From: an uncultured Terriglobus sp.
GTDB taxonomy: Bacteria; Acidobacteriota; Terriglobia; Terriglobales; Acidobacteriaceae
Assembly: GCA_964245655.1 (NCBI GenBank)
Contig: CAXTNL010000003.1
Span: forward strand, 1 to 56,568
DNA: 56,568 bases
Direction of reading: 5' to 3'
Positions within the stretch are counted from its first letter, which is position 1; each line of letters begins with the position of its first letter. This document shows, in pieces, positions 43,972 through 54,440 of this stretch. The notes below the pieces were generated by a model, which was given only the letters and a program-made list of their open reading frames with translations, did no database searches and was not told the origin of the DNA. The position numbers were made by a program, and so were the translations under genes.

Positions 43972-45570
43972 CTAGGGTTTCTGCAGCAGGACCACGACGA
44001 GTCCGTATGCAGGCACAGTCAGGCGCAAGTGGCCGTCCTGCAGTGTCATTGTTTCTGGCTGTGTAAGGGCACCGGCCTGCTTTAGCGTGGCGATTTGCGC
44101 GCGGCTCAACGAGCCCTGTGGCCTGCCCATGCTGTCGAATGCGGCAAGCGCGTTGCCGTGCGTTGGGTCCACGCGCCATACCTGCGCCGTTGCGTTCGTT
44201 GCAACGTGCTGCAGCTTGAGGTCGAAGGTGCGATCCGGTCCGGGTGCTCCAGTGGGCGCGGTGTACTGCGCGCCTTCGCCGCTGGGTGGAGCATAATTCC
44301 AGAATGCAAGGGCCAGCGCACCGGTACTGTCCTTCGTTGCCAGCGCCGACTCCGACGCAACTGCAAGACGCTCCGTCCCCAACTTATGCAGGACGGCGAA
44401 CGCGTTAAACGATGCCTTCGGGATGCCGTCCGCGGCCATCAGTCCAAAGCCGCCGTAGAAGGGCGTGCGAACCACGCCCTGTTCCTCAAACACGTCGCTG
44501 AACGACCAGTACGCCATCTTCTGCACGATGCCGTCGCACTGGCGAATGGTGTTGGCCAGCCACGGACCCATGTAGGGCGAGTCGGTCACGTTCGGCTCGT
44601 TGGCGTAGCTGGCGTTGTACTCCGAAAAGTACAGCGGCAACTTCGGCAGGGCGGACGCCGCGATCTGATCGTGCACCTTCTTCACAGAACGGTAGACCAT
44701 GGTGCTGCGCGGGATGCTCTCATTTGTGCCAAACACGTCTTTCGCCAGGTCATTGGCGTACACATGCGTGCTCACAAAGTCGACCGGCACGTTATTCGCA
44801 TGGACGTGCTGTAAAAAGTCGGTGACCCATGCCGCCTGCGCCGTTGCCGGTCCGCCGATGCGCAGGCGCGGCGAGACTGCTTTCACCGCACGCGCGGTAT
44901 GGTCGTATAGCTCCCAGTACGTGGCCTGCTTCGGCGATCCGCCCCAGAAGTCAAGGTTGGGCTCGTTCCACACCTCGAAGTTCCACTGGGCCACTTCGTC
45001 CAGGCCGTAACGATCCACCAGGTGCTGCGCAAAAGCGGTAATCATGGCGTCCCACTTCGCGTAGTCCTGTGGTGGCGAGACGACGGGCTTGTACCAGAAG
45101 GGCTGCGTTAGGTTGGGATCCGCGGCCAGCTTGCGCGGCATAAAACTCAGTTCCACAAACGGCCGTACGCCGCGGTCCAGCAAGCCGTCGTAAATCTGGT
45201 CGACGTAGCTGAAGTTGTAGGTGGAGGCGTCGTTCGCCTTCTCTGCCGCAAGCCCGGGATTTTTAGTCATGCGGTCCGGGTCGTACAAACCCACCTCGTC
45301 CATCAGGATGCCGTGAAAGCGCACCGACTCGAACCCGGTAGCCTGCTTAACCTTTTCCAGGTCCTGCCGGTAGCTGTCGCGCAGCGCGAGGATCGCGCGG
45401 CCCGAGCCAAAGGTCTGCTCCCACATGTGGGGAAAGGGCGTCGTCTTCGCGTTTGCGTCGATCGTGATGCGCTCCTGCGCCTGCAGCAGGGTCGTTGCAG
45501 ACACAGCAATAGTCACAGCCGCAAGCAGCACCAGCATGCGAGAAAAGGACGAAGTGGCGACGAGCTTCAT
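43972..45570 (-). CDS. Glycoside hydrolase family 39 (beta-xylosidase-like), secreted
   Basis: VRFHGIL, YNFSYVDQIYD, RPFVELSFMP, FEVWNEPNL (acid/base), DFVSTHVY, SEYN (nucleophile), YWSFSDVFEE, GGFGL. Confidence 0.9.
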   Translation of the reverse strand: MKLVATSSFSRMLVLLAAVTIAVSATTLLQAQERITIDANAKTTPFPHMWEQTFGSGRAILALRDSYRQDLEKVKQATGFESVRFHGILMDEVGLYDPDRMTKNPGLAAEKANDASTYNFSYVDQIYDGLLDRGVRPFVELSFMPRKLAADPNLTQPFWYKPVVSPPQDYAKWDAMITAFAQHLVDRYGLDEVAQWNFEVWNEPNLDFWGGSPKQATYWELYDHTARAVKAVSPRLRIGGPATAQAAWVTDFLQHVHANNVPVDFVSTHVYANDLAKDVFGTNESIPRSTMVYRSVKKVHDQIAASALPKLPLYFSEYNASYANEPNVTDSPYMGPWLANTIRQCDGIVQKMAYWSFSDVFEEQGVVRTPFYGGFGLMAADGIPKASFNAFAVLHKLGTERLAVASESALATKDSTGALALAFWNYAPPSGEGAQYTAPTGAPGPDRTFDLKLQHVATNATAQVWRVDPTHGNALAAFDSMGRPQGSLSRAQIATLKQAGALTQPETMTLQDGHLRLTVPAYGLVVVLLQKP

Positions 45571-45602
45571 GAACTGTCCTCAGGCAACAATGCGTAGATG
45601 TG

Positions 45603-45640
45603 CAAAAGAAAGGAGAGTGCCCACGGTGGCGCACTCTCCC
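45603..45640 (-). terminator. Intra-operon intrinsic terminator after the receptor gene
   Basis: GGAGAGTGC-N10-GCACTCTCC stem followed on the minus strand by TTTCTTTTG. Confidence 0.7.
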
Positions 45641-45658
45641 TGGTGGTACTGCGCATCG

Positions 45659-48600
45659 TTAAAAACTAATGCGCGCCTGCATCTGCACCTGGCGGCCAGC
45701 AAGGCCCGCGGTGGAGATGCCGAAGTTTGGATTGGTGCTGACAGCGCCATTGGTCACGGTCTGCACCTGGCTGTTGATGTTGGAGCTCAGGTTCGTAATG
45801 TTGAGGACGTTGAAGGCGTCGACGCGGAACTCCAGCCCGGTGCGCTCACCCAGGTAGCGGTTCGGAATGCCGAACGCCTTGGTGACCGTAGCATCTAGAT
45901 CACGATAGCGTGGCCCGGTAAAGCTATTGCGCGCGAGGCCTGGCAGCGGGAAGAAGCGGATCGGGTTGGGGAAGGCGGACGAACTGTTAGCAATGGTGGT
46001 CTGGTCGTACACCGAGAAGTAGTTCTGCGGTCCGCCCTGGAAGTTACGGCTAGGCGAGTTTGCCGACATAAACGAAGCATTGCTGTAATCGTGCCCTGCG
46101 TTGCCAAAGTAGCCAGTGGGTCGCAATGTGCCATAACCACTGCCCGTGTAGAACGCATTCACGCCGTAGTTGGCGGTCGGCGTCCATGGAAAGCCGGAGT
46201 GCAAGTTAAAGATGCCGCTGATGTTGAAGCCATTGAGCAGCACCTTGGCAAAGTTGTTGGCACCGTAATAGAACTTTGGCGCGTACAGGCCGTAGATCTT
46301 GAACGCCTGGCCCACGTTGAAGTCCGAACGGCCACGCACCAGGTCAGGCCGGTACGAGTACGGATCTTCGGTGTACGGGCCGGAGTTGTCATCCATGCTC
46401 TTGGCCCAGGTGTAGCTGGCGTCCACGGAGAAGTTGTGAGCGTAGTTGTGCTTCAGGTCGAGTACCAGCGAGTTGAAGTTAGATCCACCATTGTCGCCGT
46501 AGATGTCGATCAGAGACGACTTCGTGTTGAAGGCCTGGCCGAGATACTGACCACGCGTGTACGCGTTCTGATGGAAGATGAGGTGGTGCGCGGAGCTGCC
46601 CTGGTAGATGGCCGTCGCGACCATCTGATGACCCAGGTCACCCTCCACCTGCAGCGAGTAGTGATTCACCTGCTGTGTCTTTAAGTGGTTGGGCACGATG
46701 GTCAACTGAAAGCCGCTTGTGGTGGGCAGGCCGTTGGCACCGTAGGCCGTAATGGTGTTGGTATTTGCCGCATAGCCGAACAGCGAGCCGGAATCCGCCG
46801 GGATGTTGTATTGGATACGCGAGTCAGCCGCCGTAGGGGTGCTGTTGTTAAAGGTGGGCGAGACCGAGTCGTTCGGGCTGTTCGACTGGTTAGCCGAAAT
46901 CGCAATCTCTTCCTGGTTGTAGCTCAACCCGTACCCACCGCGAACCACAAAGCGTCGATTGAACATGTCAGGGTTGTACGCAAAGCCAAACTGAGGCCCC
47001 ACGTTGCCCTTTTGTGGCACCCAGGAATTACCGCCACGCACCAGTTGCAATCCGGTATATGTGGCTGCACCAGAGCCGAGCACAACATGCGACAAATTGT
47101 TCTGCTTGGAGTAGAGCGAGTCGAAGTAGTTGTAACGGACACCCATGTTCAATGTCAGGTTCCGACTCGCCTTCCAGTCGTCCTGCACAAAGCCACCAGT
47201 GATCCACTCGCGCATGTCATACCGGTTGCTGAACGGTACACCGGTAAAGCGGTTGAACTGGCCGCTCTCGTTGTAGGGTGCGTCATTCAAAAAGTTCCAC
47301 ACGTTGTAGAAGTTGAAACTCGGTCGCGCCGCATAGACCGGGTCTTGCAGGTAGTGCAACTGCGTAGCATCGCCACCGAAGCGAATGCTGTGATTGCCAA
47401 TGATCTTGGTCGCAACATCCTTGTAGCCGTACGTCCATTGATTCAAATGACTGGGTCCGCTGGCACCAAAGTACTGCACGTCAGTACCTGTGCCGCCCGG
47501 CGTGTTGATTGAATCCTGTGGCAGACCGAACGGTGCCTGCGGATTATCCGTGACCTCGTTCCAGCGCCAGCCTGAGGCGTTAGCGCGTGCCTCGTTTAAG
47601 AATGACGACGAGAACGTGTGATTCCACACCAGCGTTACTGCTTCGTTCACCTGGTTGTGGTGCCACTGGTTATATCCGCGCGCGGGGCCATTGATGTAGT
47701 TATGCGTGAGCGGCACCCAATAAATAGTGAAACTCAGGTGATCCTTGTGGGTGGCATCGCCATCCAGCCGCCCGTTGTACTGCGTTGACGTTTGCGTATC
47801 TGGCGTCGAGGTTTGGTACAGAGCGATGTCTGGCACACCATCCAGACCAGAGCCGGTACCCGGGTTTGAGTTCGAAATGTAGGTTGGATCCTGCGTGCCG
47901 CGCGCTGTTTTCAGGGGTGAACCAATGTCGATGCCACCACTCACCGTACGGCAGTTGACACCTTCTGTCAGGCCAGCAGTGGCGCACGTGGAGTTGAGCT
48001 GGGTAGCACCTACAAGCCCGTGATTGGCAAAATTGGTGTACTTGTTCGCAATGGTGCTGTTTGCCGCGGCAGTGTCAAATTGTGGTGTTTCGTACCAGTG
48101 ATTCGCCGTTGTGTTGGAACCGCTGCGGATGGTTTCATAAGCAAAGAAGGCAAAGATGCGGTCCTTAAGAATAGGACCGCCGACACTGCCACCTATGTCG
48201 TTGTCGCGCGTCGTGTCACGCACCAGGCCATGTGCAGCTGCCCGATTTACATTGGTGTTGGCGACGCCCGGCCCAAGCGTGAATGGTAGTAAGGAGTTCG
48301 GGCCGTTGTACCGGTTGAACGCGTTCAGGCCAGGACGGTCTACGCGAAAGAACGCGCTGCCATGAAAGCTGTTGGTACCCGCTTTGGTTGTGATCTCCAC
48401 GTTGGCACCACTGAAACGACCAAACTCGGCGTCGTAGCCGTTGCTGGTGATCTTGACGGCGTCAACTGAATCCCGGTTTGGCGTGATGATGCTGGTGCCG
48501 CCCCATACGGCAGAGGTCGTGCTGATGCCGTTGATGCTAATGGCATTCGTCTCGTACTGGCCACCGTTTGAGAGCACCTGCGGGCCATTCTCCGTTGAGA

Positions 48601-49219
48601 ACGAGCCCTGGCCCGCTCCCGAGCCGCCAGGACCCTGCGAACCGGGCAGGCTATTGGTGCCGCCATTTGAACTGCGCTGACCGTCGCCAAAGGCACCCGG
48701 CGTCAGTTGCAATAGTTGCAATACGTCGCCACCCGCTGTGGGCAGGTGTTGAATTTCGTTGGACGAGATGGTGCCAGAGATCGAACCGGTCGTCGTCTCC
48801 AGTGGCGACACCGTGTCGGCATTCACCTCGACTACGGTGCTGCTGGCGCTAATAGCCAGCTGCACGTTCACGTTGTTCGCTTGCTCTGGCGTGATGGAGA
48901 GGTCGTTAATCGTCTTGGTAGAAAAGCCGCTCATCGCCGTGGTGAGCGTAAAGGTGTCGGGCGGCAGGGCGTTGAAGTTATAGGTGCCCGCGCCGTTGGT
49001 GGTCGATTGCAGCGACTTACCGGTCTGCTTGTCGACCAGGGTGACCTGTGCGCCCGGGATGACGGCTCCGGTGCTATCCGTCACGGTGCCGGTAATGGAG
49101 GCACGAAATTGCGCGTGGGCGACGGGTGCAAGCGCGGTGACTGCGGCGGATGCTAGCAGGACGGCACGGGTGGTGGAGAACAGACCCTTTCTGAGGAAGG
49201 GGTGGTAGGAATGAAACAT
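45659..49219 (-). CDS. Oar-like TonB-dependent receptor (probable glycan uptake)
   Basis: AQFRASITGTVTDSTGAVIPGA, YDAEFGRFSGA, GGSVGGPILKDRIFAFF, QDDWKASRNLTLN, C-terminal RISF. Confidence 0.9.
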   Translation of the reverse strand: MFHSYHPFLRKGLFSTTRAVLLASAAVTALAPVAHAQFRASITGTVTDSTGAVIPGAQVTLVDKQTGKSLQSTTNGAGTYNFNALPPDTFTLTTAMSGFSTKTINDLSITPEQANNVNVQLAISASSTVVEVNADTVSPLETTTGSISGTISSNEIQHLPTAGGDVLQLLQLTPGAFGDGQRSSNGGTNSLPGSQGPGGSGAGQGSFSTENGPQVLSNGGQYETNAISINGISTTSAVWGGTSIITPNRDSVDAVKITSNGYDAEFGRFSGANVEITTKAGTNSFHGSAFFRVDRPGLNAFNRYNGPNSLLPFTLGPGVANTNVNRAAAHGLVRDTTRDNDIGGSVGGPILKDRIFAFFAYETIRSGSNTTANHWYETPQFDTAAANSTIANKYTNFANHGLVGATQLNSTCATAGLTEGVNCRTVSGGIDIGSPLKTARGTQDPTYISNSNPGTGSGLDGVPDIALYQTSTPDTQTSTQYNGRLDGDATHKDHLSFTIYWVPLTHNYINGPARGYNQWHHNQVNEAVTLVWNHTFSSSFLNEARANASGWRWNEVTDNPQAPFGLPQDSINTPGGTGTDVQYFGASGPSHLNQWTYGYKDVATKIIGNHSIRFGGDATQLHYLQDPVYAARPSFNFYNVWNFLNDAPYNESGQFNRFTGVPFSNRYDMREWITGGFVQDDWKASRNLTLNMGVRYNYFDSLYSKQNNLSHVVLGSGAATYTGLQLVRGGNSWVPQKGNVGPQFGFAYNPDMFNRRFVVRGGYGLSYNQEEIAISANQSNSPNDSVSPTFNNSTPTAADSRIQYNIPADSGSLFGYAANTNTITAYGANGLPTTSGFQLTIVPNHLKTQQVNHYSLQVEGDLGHQMVATAIYQGSSAHHLIFHQNAYTRGQYLGQAFNTKSSLIDIYGDNGGSNFNSLVLDLKHNYAHNFSVDASYTWAKSMDDNSGPYTEDPYSYRPDLVRGRSDFNVGQAFKIYGLYAPKFYYGANNFAKVLLNGFNISGIFNLHSGFPWTPTANYGVNAFYTGSGYGTLRPTGYFGNAGHDYSNASFMSANSPSRNFQGGPQNYFSVYDQTTIANSSSAFPNPIRFFPLPGLARNSFTGPRYRDLDATVTKAFGIPNRYLGERTGLEFRVDAFNVLNITNLSSNINSQVQTVTNGAVSTNPNFGISTAGLAGRQVQMQARISF

Positions 49220-49366
49220 ACAGCCTCCGAGACCCGGTATTGATCTGGCGTAGCGCGATGAGAGCGCTGCTTAGGCAAACCTTTAACTGGGCAACCGAGA
49301 GTGTGCGCCTCAGCAAAAAGCTCTGTCAAGGAGTTGGCGTGTGCTGCGCTAAGATGGCAATGTTCC

Positions 49367-50419
49367 ATGTCTTCAGCCAGCGAACCGCCCGTGCCAAGCC
49401 GCACGCACAGCAGGACAGCCTCCCTTCGAACGCTCTCAGAGCACCTCGGATTGTCTATGGCTGCCATTTCACGCGTGCTCAGTGGCTCGCCGACGGCGCG
49501 CTCCATCCCTGCCGCCACTCAGGAACGCATCTTTGCCGCGGCACAGCAATTGAACTACCGGCCAAACCTGTTGGCGCGATCCTTGCGCCAGGGGCGCTCC
49601 ACAAGCGTCGGGGTCATCATTCCAGAAATCTCCGAGGGGTATGCCACGCCCATCCTGGCCGGGATCGAGGAAACGCTGTCAGCGGCAGGGTACATCCTGG
49701 TAATGCTCACACACCATCACCGGGCGGAGGTGCTGGCACGGGCTCAGCAGATCTTTGCAGAACGCGCGGTAGACGCCATCATTGCCGTGGATACAGCCCT
49801 GCCCTTCGTTGGGCCAATTCCGACCGTTACAGTCTCCTGTCCAGACTCTCGTCCGAACGTCACCAACATCGTCCTCAATCATGACCGTGCGGCAGAACTC
49901 GCGCTCCACCATCTCTACGCGCTGGGGCACCGGGAGATCGCCATCATCAAAGGGCAGCCCTTCAGTTCTGAAACAGAGGTCCGATGGAACGCCATCGAGC
50001 GCGCCGCAGCCTGCTTTGGCATCGCTCTCAGGCCCAACCAGGTCGTGCAATTGGAAGAGGATCTACCAACCAGCGAACCGGGCTATCGCGCCACGCGCAA
50101 GCTCCTCGATCAGGCACGAGACTTCTCAGCACTGTTTGCGTTCAATGATGTTTCTGCCATCGGGGCCGTCATGGCCTTGCACGACGCCGGTTTGCGCGTG
50201 CCAAACGATGTGTCTGTGCTGGGCTTTGATGACATCGCATTTGCAGGCGTACACCGACCGGCCTTGACGACGATCCGGCAGCCCTTGCACGAGATGGGGG
50301 TGCTTGCCGCCACTACCGTTCTCAAGCAGCTGGGCGGCATTCCCGACCTGCGGTCAGGAACTCAACGCATGATCGTTGAGCCAGAGCTTATCGTTCGCTC
50401 ATCGACGCTCAAGCGTTAA
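49367..50419 (+). CDS. LacI family transcriptional regulator
   Basis: HTH LRTLSEHLGLSMAAISRVL, LNYRPNLLARSL, FAFNDVSAIG, VPNDVSVLGFDD, LTTIRQP, ELIVRSS. Confidence 0.95.
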   Translation: MSSASEPPVPSRTHSRTASLRTLSEHLGLSMAAISRVLSGSPTARSIPAATQERIFAAAQQLNYRPNLLARSLRQGRSTSVGVIIPEISEGYATPILAGIEETLSAAGYILVMLTHHHRAEVLARAQQIFAERAVDAIIAVDTALPFVGPIPTVTVSCPDSRPNVTNIVLNHDRAAELALHHLYALGHREIAIIKGQPFSSETEVRWNAIERAAACFGIALRPNQVVQLEEDLPTSEPGYRATRKLLDQARDFSALFAFNDVSAIGAVMALHDAGLRVPNDVSVLGFDDIAFAGVHRPALTTIRQPLHEMGVLAATTVLKQLGGIPDLRSGTQRMIVEPELIVRSSTLKR

Positions 50420-50583
50420 ACCTGCCATTTCGATCAGCTCCCGCCAACTGAATGCATCACGTCGTCCTCGGCACAGTGCACTCCACGTGCAGACCTGCCT
50501 TCCTGACAAACTAGAGCGTGGCCAATTGAAAACGATCCTGACTGGAAGGCTGGCTCACCTGCTCATAGAACAATCCAAAAGAG

Positions 50584-50660
50584 TGGTAGGCACGTCCGGA
50601 TTCGAACCGGAGACCTCTACCGTGTCAAGGTAGCGCTCTAACCAACTGAGCTACGCGCCT
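50584..50660 (-). tRNA. tRNA-Val (GAC)
   Basis: The reverse complement AGGCGCGTAGCTCAGTTGGTTAGAGCGCTACCTTGACACGGTAGAGGTCTCCGGTTCGAATCCGGACGTGCCTACCA folds as a cloverleaf with GAC anticodon, TTCGAAT loop and encoded CCA. Confidence 0.97.
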
Positions 50661-50830
50661 GCGCCCGGCATTCAGCGGATGAATGCGGCAACGGTTCCAG
50701 TGTACGTCGTAGTCTGCGGAGGGGCAAACGGGGCAGCGCCCTGGTTCATGCGCGCGAGCCAACTGCCAGAGTTCGGCACTGGCCGGCTTGGCTACACTAT
50801 CAGTAGTCGTTTTCCGACGCCTTGTACGCC

Positions 50831-51403
50831 ATGACGCTGTTGCGACAGTTCCGCGCCCTGCCAAACCTTCTGACGCTTCTGCGCCTCCTGTCAATACCTC
50901 TGCTGATCGTTGCCATTCTGCGGCGGCATGAAGAGGTGGCCCTGCTGATTTTCGTGGTTGCCGGTGCCACCGATGCGGTGGATGGCAGGTTGGCGCGCCG
51001 CCTAAACCAGAGCACCCGACTGGGACAGTACCTGGACCCCATCGCAGACAAGCTGATGCTGTCGGCACTCTTTCTCGTAACTACCTCTGTCGGCCTGGTG
51101 CCGCTCTACGTCACGGTGCTGGTCTTTGCGCGCGACCTTGGCATCCTGCTCATCAGCATTCTGCTGTTCTTTACCGGCACCATGCGCAATTTCAAGCCCA
51201 GCGTCATCGGCAAGGCAAACACCCTGCTGCAGATTTTTACCATGCTGCTGGTGCTGATCACCGCCATTCGTGACACAACCTCGCTGGCAGCCCTGCGGCA
51301 CGTCATGCTGGTCCTGATTGCGTGGCTTGCACCACTTTCTGCAGCGCAGTACGCCTGGGTGGTGCTCCATCGTATCGCCAGGGAGCCACTCCAGTCGCTC
51401 TAA
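50831..51403 (+). CDS. CDP-alcohol phosphatidyltransferase (PgsA family)
   Basis: PNLLTLLR and the TDAVDGRLARR...LGQYLDPIADK signature; multiple TM segments. Confidence 0.9.
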   Translation: MTLLRQFRALPNLLTLLRLLSIPLLIVAILRRHEEVALLIFVVAGATDAVDGRLARRLNQSTRLGQYLDPIADKLMLSALFLVTTSVGLVPLYVTVLVFARDLGILLISILLFFTGTMRNFKPSVIGKANTLLQIFTMLLVLITAIRDTTSLAALRHVMLVLIAWLAPLSAAQYAWVVLHRIAREPLQSL

Positions 51404-51550
51404 AGACTGCACCACTCATGGTGCAACGACCGGCAAGCGTGCGCTTTCTTTAAGAAACATTCTCAAACAACCGTCTCTTGCCATTGCAAGTGACTGCTTG
51501 CACGCCTAGACTTAAGCTGTTGAGAAAGCGGCTGTTTCTCACCGATACCC

Positions 51551-52027
51551 ATGCTGCGGTTGACTAAAAAAGCGGATTACGGCCTTATGGCGCTGAAGTA
51601 TCTGGCGGAGCAGGCTGCTGCCACCGGCAGAACCGGTGCGGCCAGCGCACAGTCAGCCAAGGACATTGCAGACGCGTACCACATACCACCGCACCTGCTG
51701 GCAAAGATTCTGCAGACACTGACCAGGCAGGGCATCCTGATTTCCCATGCCGGCACCAATGGCGGCTATGCCCTGGCTCGGTCTGCCACTGACATCAACG
51801 CCTTTGACGTAATCCGCGCAATCGATGGACCGCTGTTCATCACCAGCTGCATCACCATTCACGGCACCTGCGACCTGGCGGGCCACTGCACCATCAAAGA
51901 ACCATTGCGCAAGGTCAACGAAAGCATCAAGGACCTGCTTAGCGGTATTGTCATCGCCGACCTGGTGGAGCCGATTGACCCCGACGCCATACCGGTCGCC
52001 GGTGGCCTGGTATCCATTGCCCTATAG
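51551..52027 (+). CDS. iscR: Rrf2 family Fe-S cluster regulator (IscR-like)
   Basis: GTNGGYALAR, VIRAIDGP, three cysteines (C-x6-C-x5-C). First gene of the isc operon. Confidence 0.8.
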   Translation: MLRLTKKADYGLMALKYLAEQAAATGRTGAASAQSAKDIADAYHIPPHLLAKILQTLTRQGILISHAGTNGGYALARSATDINAFDVIRAIDGPLFITSCITIHGTCDLAGHCTIKEPLRKVNESIKDLLSGIVIADLVEPIDPDAIPVAGGLVSIAL

Positions 52028-52096
52028 CCACACCGCCGCACCAGAGATGAGACACACGCTGCACGTTTCGCCCACGCACCACGGAGAACAAGCACT

Positions 52097-53365
52097 ATGA
52101 GCCTTGCCGCTGAAATCGAACTTCTGCAGACCACGCCCGTCCACACCGGCGTCCAGCTGCCCATCTACATGGATAACCACGCCACCACCGCGCTGGATCC
52201 ACGCGTGCTGGAAGCCATGCTGCCCTATATGACGAAGATCTATGGCAATGCCGCCAGCCGCAACCATGCCTTTGGCTGGGAGGCGGAGCAGGGTGTCGAG
52301 AAGGCGCGCGAGCAGATTGCCAAGCTGATCAATGCCACGCCCAAAGAGATCATCTTTACCAGTGGCGCAACCGAGGGCAACAACCTCGCCATCAAGGGTG
52401 TCGCGGAGATGTACCGCGAAAAAGGCAACCACATCATCACCCAGGTGACTGAGCACAAGGCCGTGCTGGACACCTGCAAGCGCCTGGAAAAGAACGGCTA
52501 CCGCGTGACCTACCTGCCCGTGCAGGCGGACGGCTTGGTTTCGGTCGCTGACATTGAAGCAGCGATCACGCCGGAGACCATCCTGGTAACGATCATGTAC
52601 GCCAATAACGAGATCGGTGTGGTGAACCCGGTCGCGGCTATCGGCAAGCTGTGCCATGCGAAAGGCGTGCTATTCCACACGGATGCAGTGCAGGCCGCAG
52701 GCAAAATCCCGATCGACGTGCAGGCCAACAACATCGACCTGCTGTCGCTGACCGGCCACAAGCTGTATGGCCCGAAGGGTGCGGGCGCGCTCTATGTACG
52801 TCGCCGCAACCCCCGCGTGCAGCTGAATGCACAGATCGACGGCGGCGGCCACGAGCGTGGCATGCGTTCCGGCACGCTGAATGTCCCCGGCATCGTTGGC
52901 CTTGGCGCGGCATGTGAGATTGCCATGAATGAGATGGCTTCCGAAACTACGCGTCTGACCGGCCTGCGTGATTACATGCGCCACAAGCTGGAGAATGCGC
53001 TGGATTACATCGCTGTCAACGGCAACATGGAGCATCACCTGCCCGGCAACCTGAACATGAGCTTTGTCTACGTCGAGGGCGAGAGCCTCCTGATGGGCAT
53101 CAACGACATCGCCGTGTCGTCCGGTTCGGCCTGCACCAGCGCCACGCTTGAACCCAGCTACGTGCTCAAGGCGCTGGGCCTTGGTGACGACGTGGCCCAC
53201 AGCTCCATCCGCTTCGGGCTTGGCCGCTTCAACACCAAGGAAGAAGTGGATTACGTGGCTGACAAAATGATTGACACGGTGCTGAAACTGCGTGAGCTGA
53301 GCCCGCTGTACGAGATGGTCAAGGAAGGCATCGACCTGACCAAGATCGAGTGGACCGCCCACTAA
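52097..53365 (+). CDS. iscS: Cysteine desulfurase
   Basis: [57 protein letters not shown]. Confidence 0.97.
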   Translation: MSLAAEIELLQTTPVHTGVQLPIYMDNHATTALDPRVLEAMLPYMTKIYGNAASRNHAFGWEAEQGVEKAREQIAKLINATPKEIIFTSGATEGNNLAIKGVAEMYREKGNHIITQVTEHKAVLDTCKRLEKNGYRVTYLPVQADGLVSVADIEAAITPETILVTIMYANNEIGVVNPVAAIGKLCHAKGVLFHTDAVQAAGKIPIDVQANNIDLLSLTGHKLYGPKGAGALYVRRRNPRVQLNAQIDGGGHERGMRSGTLNVPGIVGLGAACEIAMNEMASETTRLTGLRDYMRHKLENALDYIAVNGNMEHHLPGNLNMSFVYVEGESLLMGINDIAVSSGSACTSATLEPSYVLKALGLGDDVAHSSIRFGLGRFNTKEEVDYVADKMIDTVLKLRELSPLYEMVKEGIDLTKIEWTAH

Positions 53366-53451
53366 GCTTCGCTGTCAAAGGAGCCGGCAAGTCTTTACTA
53401 GACCGGCAAGCATCCAAATAGTACGTTTCGCGCTCGACAGGAGACAGGAAC

Positions 53452-53874
53452 ATGGCATACAGCGACAAGGTTGTTGATCACTACGAAAATCCTCGCAACG
53501 TGGGTACGCTCGACAAGAGCAGTGCAGAGGTAGGCACGGGCCTGGTGGGCGCACCGGAATGTGGCGACGTGATGCGTCTCCAGATCAAGGTTAATCCCAC
53601 CACGCAGGTCATTGAAGACGCAAAGTTCAAGACATTCGGCTGCGGTTCAGCAATTGCATCGTCGTCACTTGCCACTGAATGGGTCAAGGGCAAGACGGTG
53701 GCCGAGGCGCTCAGCATCTCCAACACAGAGATTGTGAAGGAACTAGCACTGCCGCCGGTCAAAATTCACTGCTCGGTGTTGGCAGAAGATGCTATTCGCG
53801 CCGCCATTGGTGATTGGAAGAAGAAGAACAACGTGGCCGAGGCAGAGCCCGCACTGGCTGGCGCTTCCGCCTAA
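53452..53874 (+). CDS. iscU: Fe-S scaffold protein
   Basis: MAYSDKVVDHYENPRNVG, APECGDVM, KTFGCGSAIA, LPPVKIHCS. Confidence 0.97.
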   Translation: MAYSDKVVDHYENPRNVGTLDKSSAEVGTGLVGAPECGDVMRLQIKVNPTTQVIEDAKFKTFGCGSAIASSSLATEWVKGKTVAEALSISNTEIVKELALPPVKIHCSVLAEDAIRAAIGDWKKKNNVAEAEPALAGASA

Positions 53875-53955
53875 GCTAGCAGTTGTGCTCTTGACGACCA
53901 GCCCTGACGACTCGCTCGATCGGGGCTTTCGTCCTGCTTGGTAGAAAGAGGAATC

Positions 53956-54432
53956 ATGACCGTAGTAGGCATCGCAACAGGCACCAGCAGCGAGATGAGC
54001 GCGCCAGCGCCGCAGGCTGGTGCCGCACCCGTCTACTCCAGCCCCATCGCTGCGCCCGTGTCTGCCCCCGCTGACAACGCCAAGGCACAGAACATCCAGG
54101 TGACAGAAAAGGCGCTAAAACGTATCCGCTCGGCGATGGCAAAGGAAAATGTCAACGGCGAGCAGGGCGGCCTGCGGGTGGGTATTACTGGCGGCGGTTG
54201 CAGTGGCCTCAGCTACAACATTCGCTTCGACACACAACCCCGCGAGCGTGACCGTGTGTACGTGTACAACCAGAACGGCGACAAGGTACAGATCTTTGTC
54301 GATCCCAAAAGCTTTCTGTACCTCAGCGGCATGACGCTCGATTTCGAAGAAACGCTGATGCGGCAAGGCTTCAACTTCATCAATCCGCACAGTACTAAGA
54401 GTTGCGGCTGCGGTTCGTCATTCTCCGCGTAG
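53956..54432 (+). CDS. iscA: A-type Fe-S carrier (IscA/HesB) with an Ala/Pro-rich N-terminal extension
   Basis: GGGCSGLSY, VDPKSFLYL, NPHSTKSCGCGSSF. Confidence 0.93.
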   Translation: MTVVGIATGTSSEMSAPAPQAGAAPVYSSPIAAPVSAPADNAKAQNIQVTEKALKRIRSAMAKENVNGEQGGLRVGITGGGCSGLSYNIRFDTQPRERDRVYVYNQNGDKVQIFVDPKSFLYLSGMTLDFEETLMRQGFNFINPHSTKSCGCGSSFSA

Positions 54433-54440
54433 GCGCTGGC

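Noticed and set aside
49248-49290. Possible LacI operator (AGCGCGATGAGAGCGCT, GCAAACCTTTAAC)
   Set aside because: The palindromes are too imperfect to call without a comparative motif.
50420-50660. tRNA-Val as the integration site of an island to its left
   Set aside because: No integrase and no duplicated tRNA 3' end were seen in the window, and the adjacent genes look like ordinary acidobacterial content.
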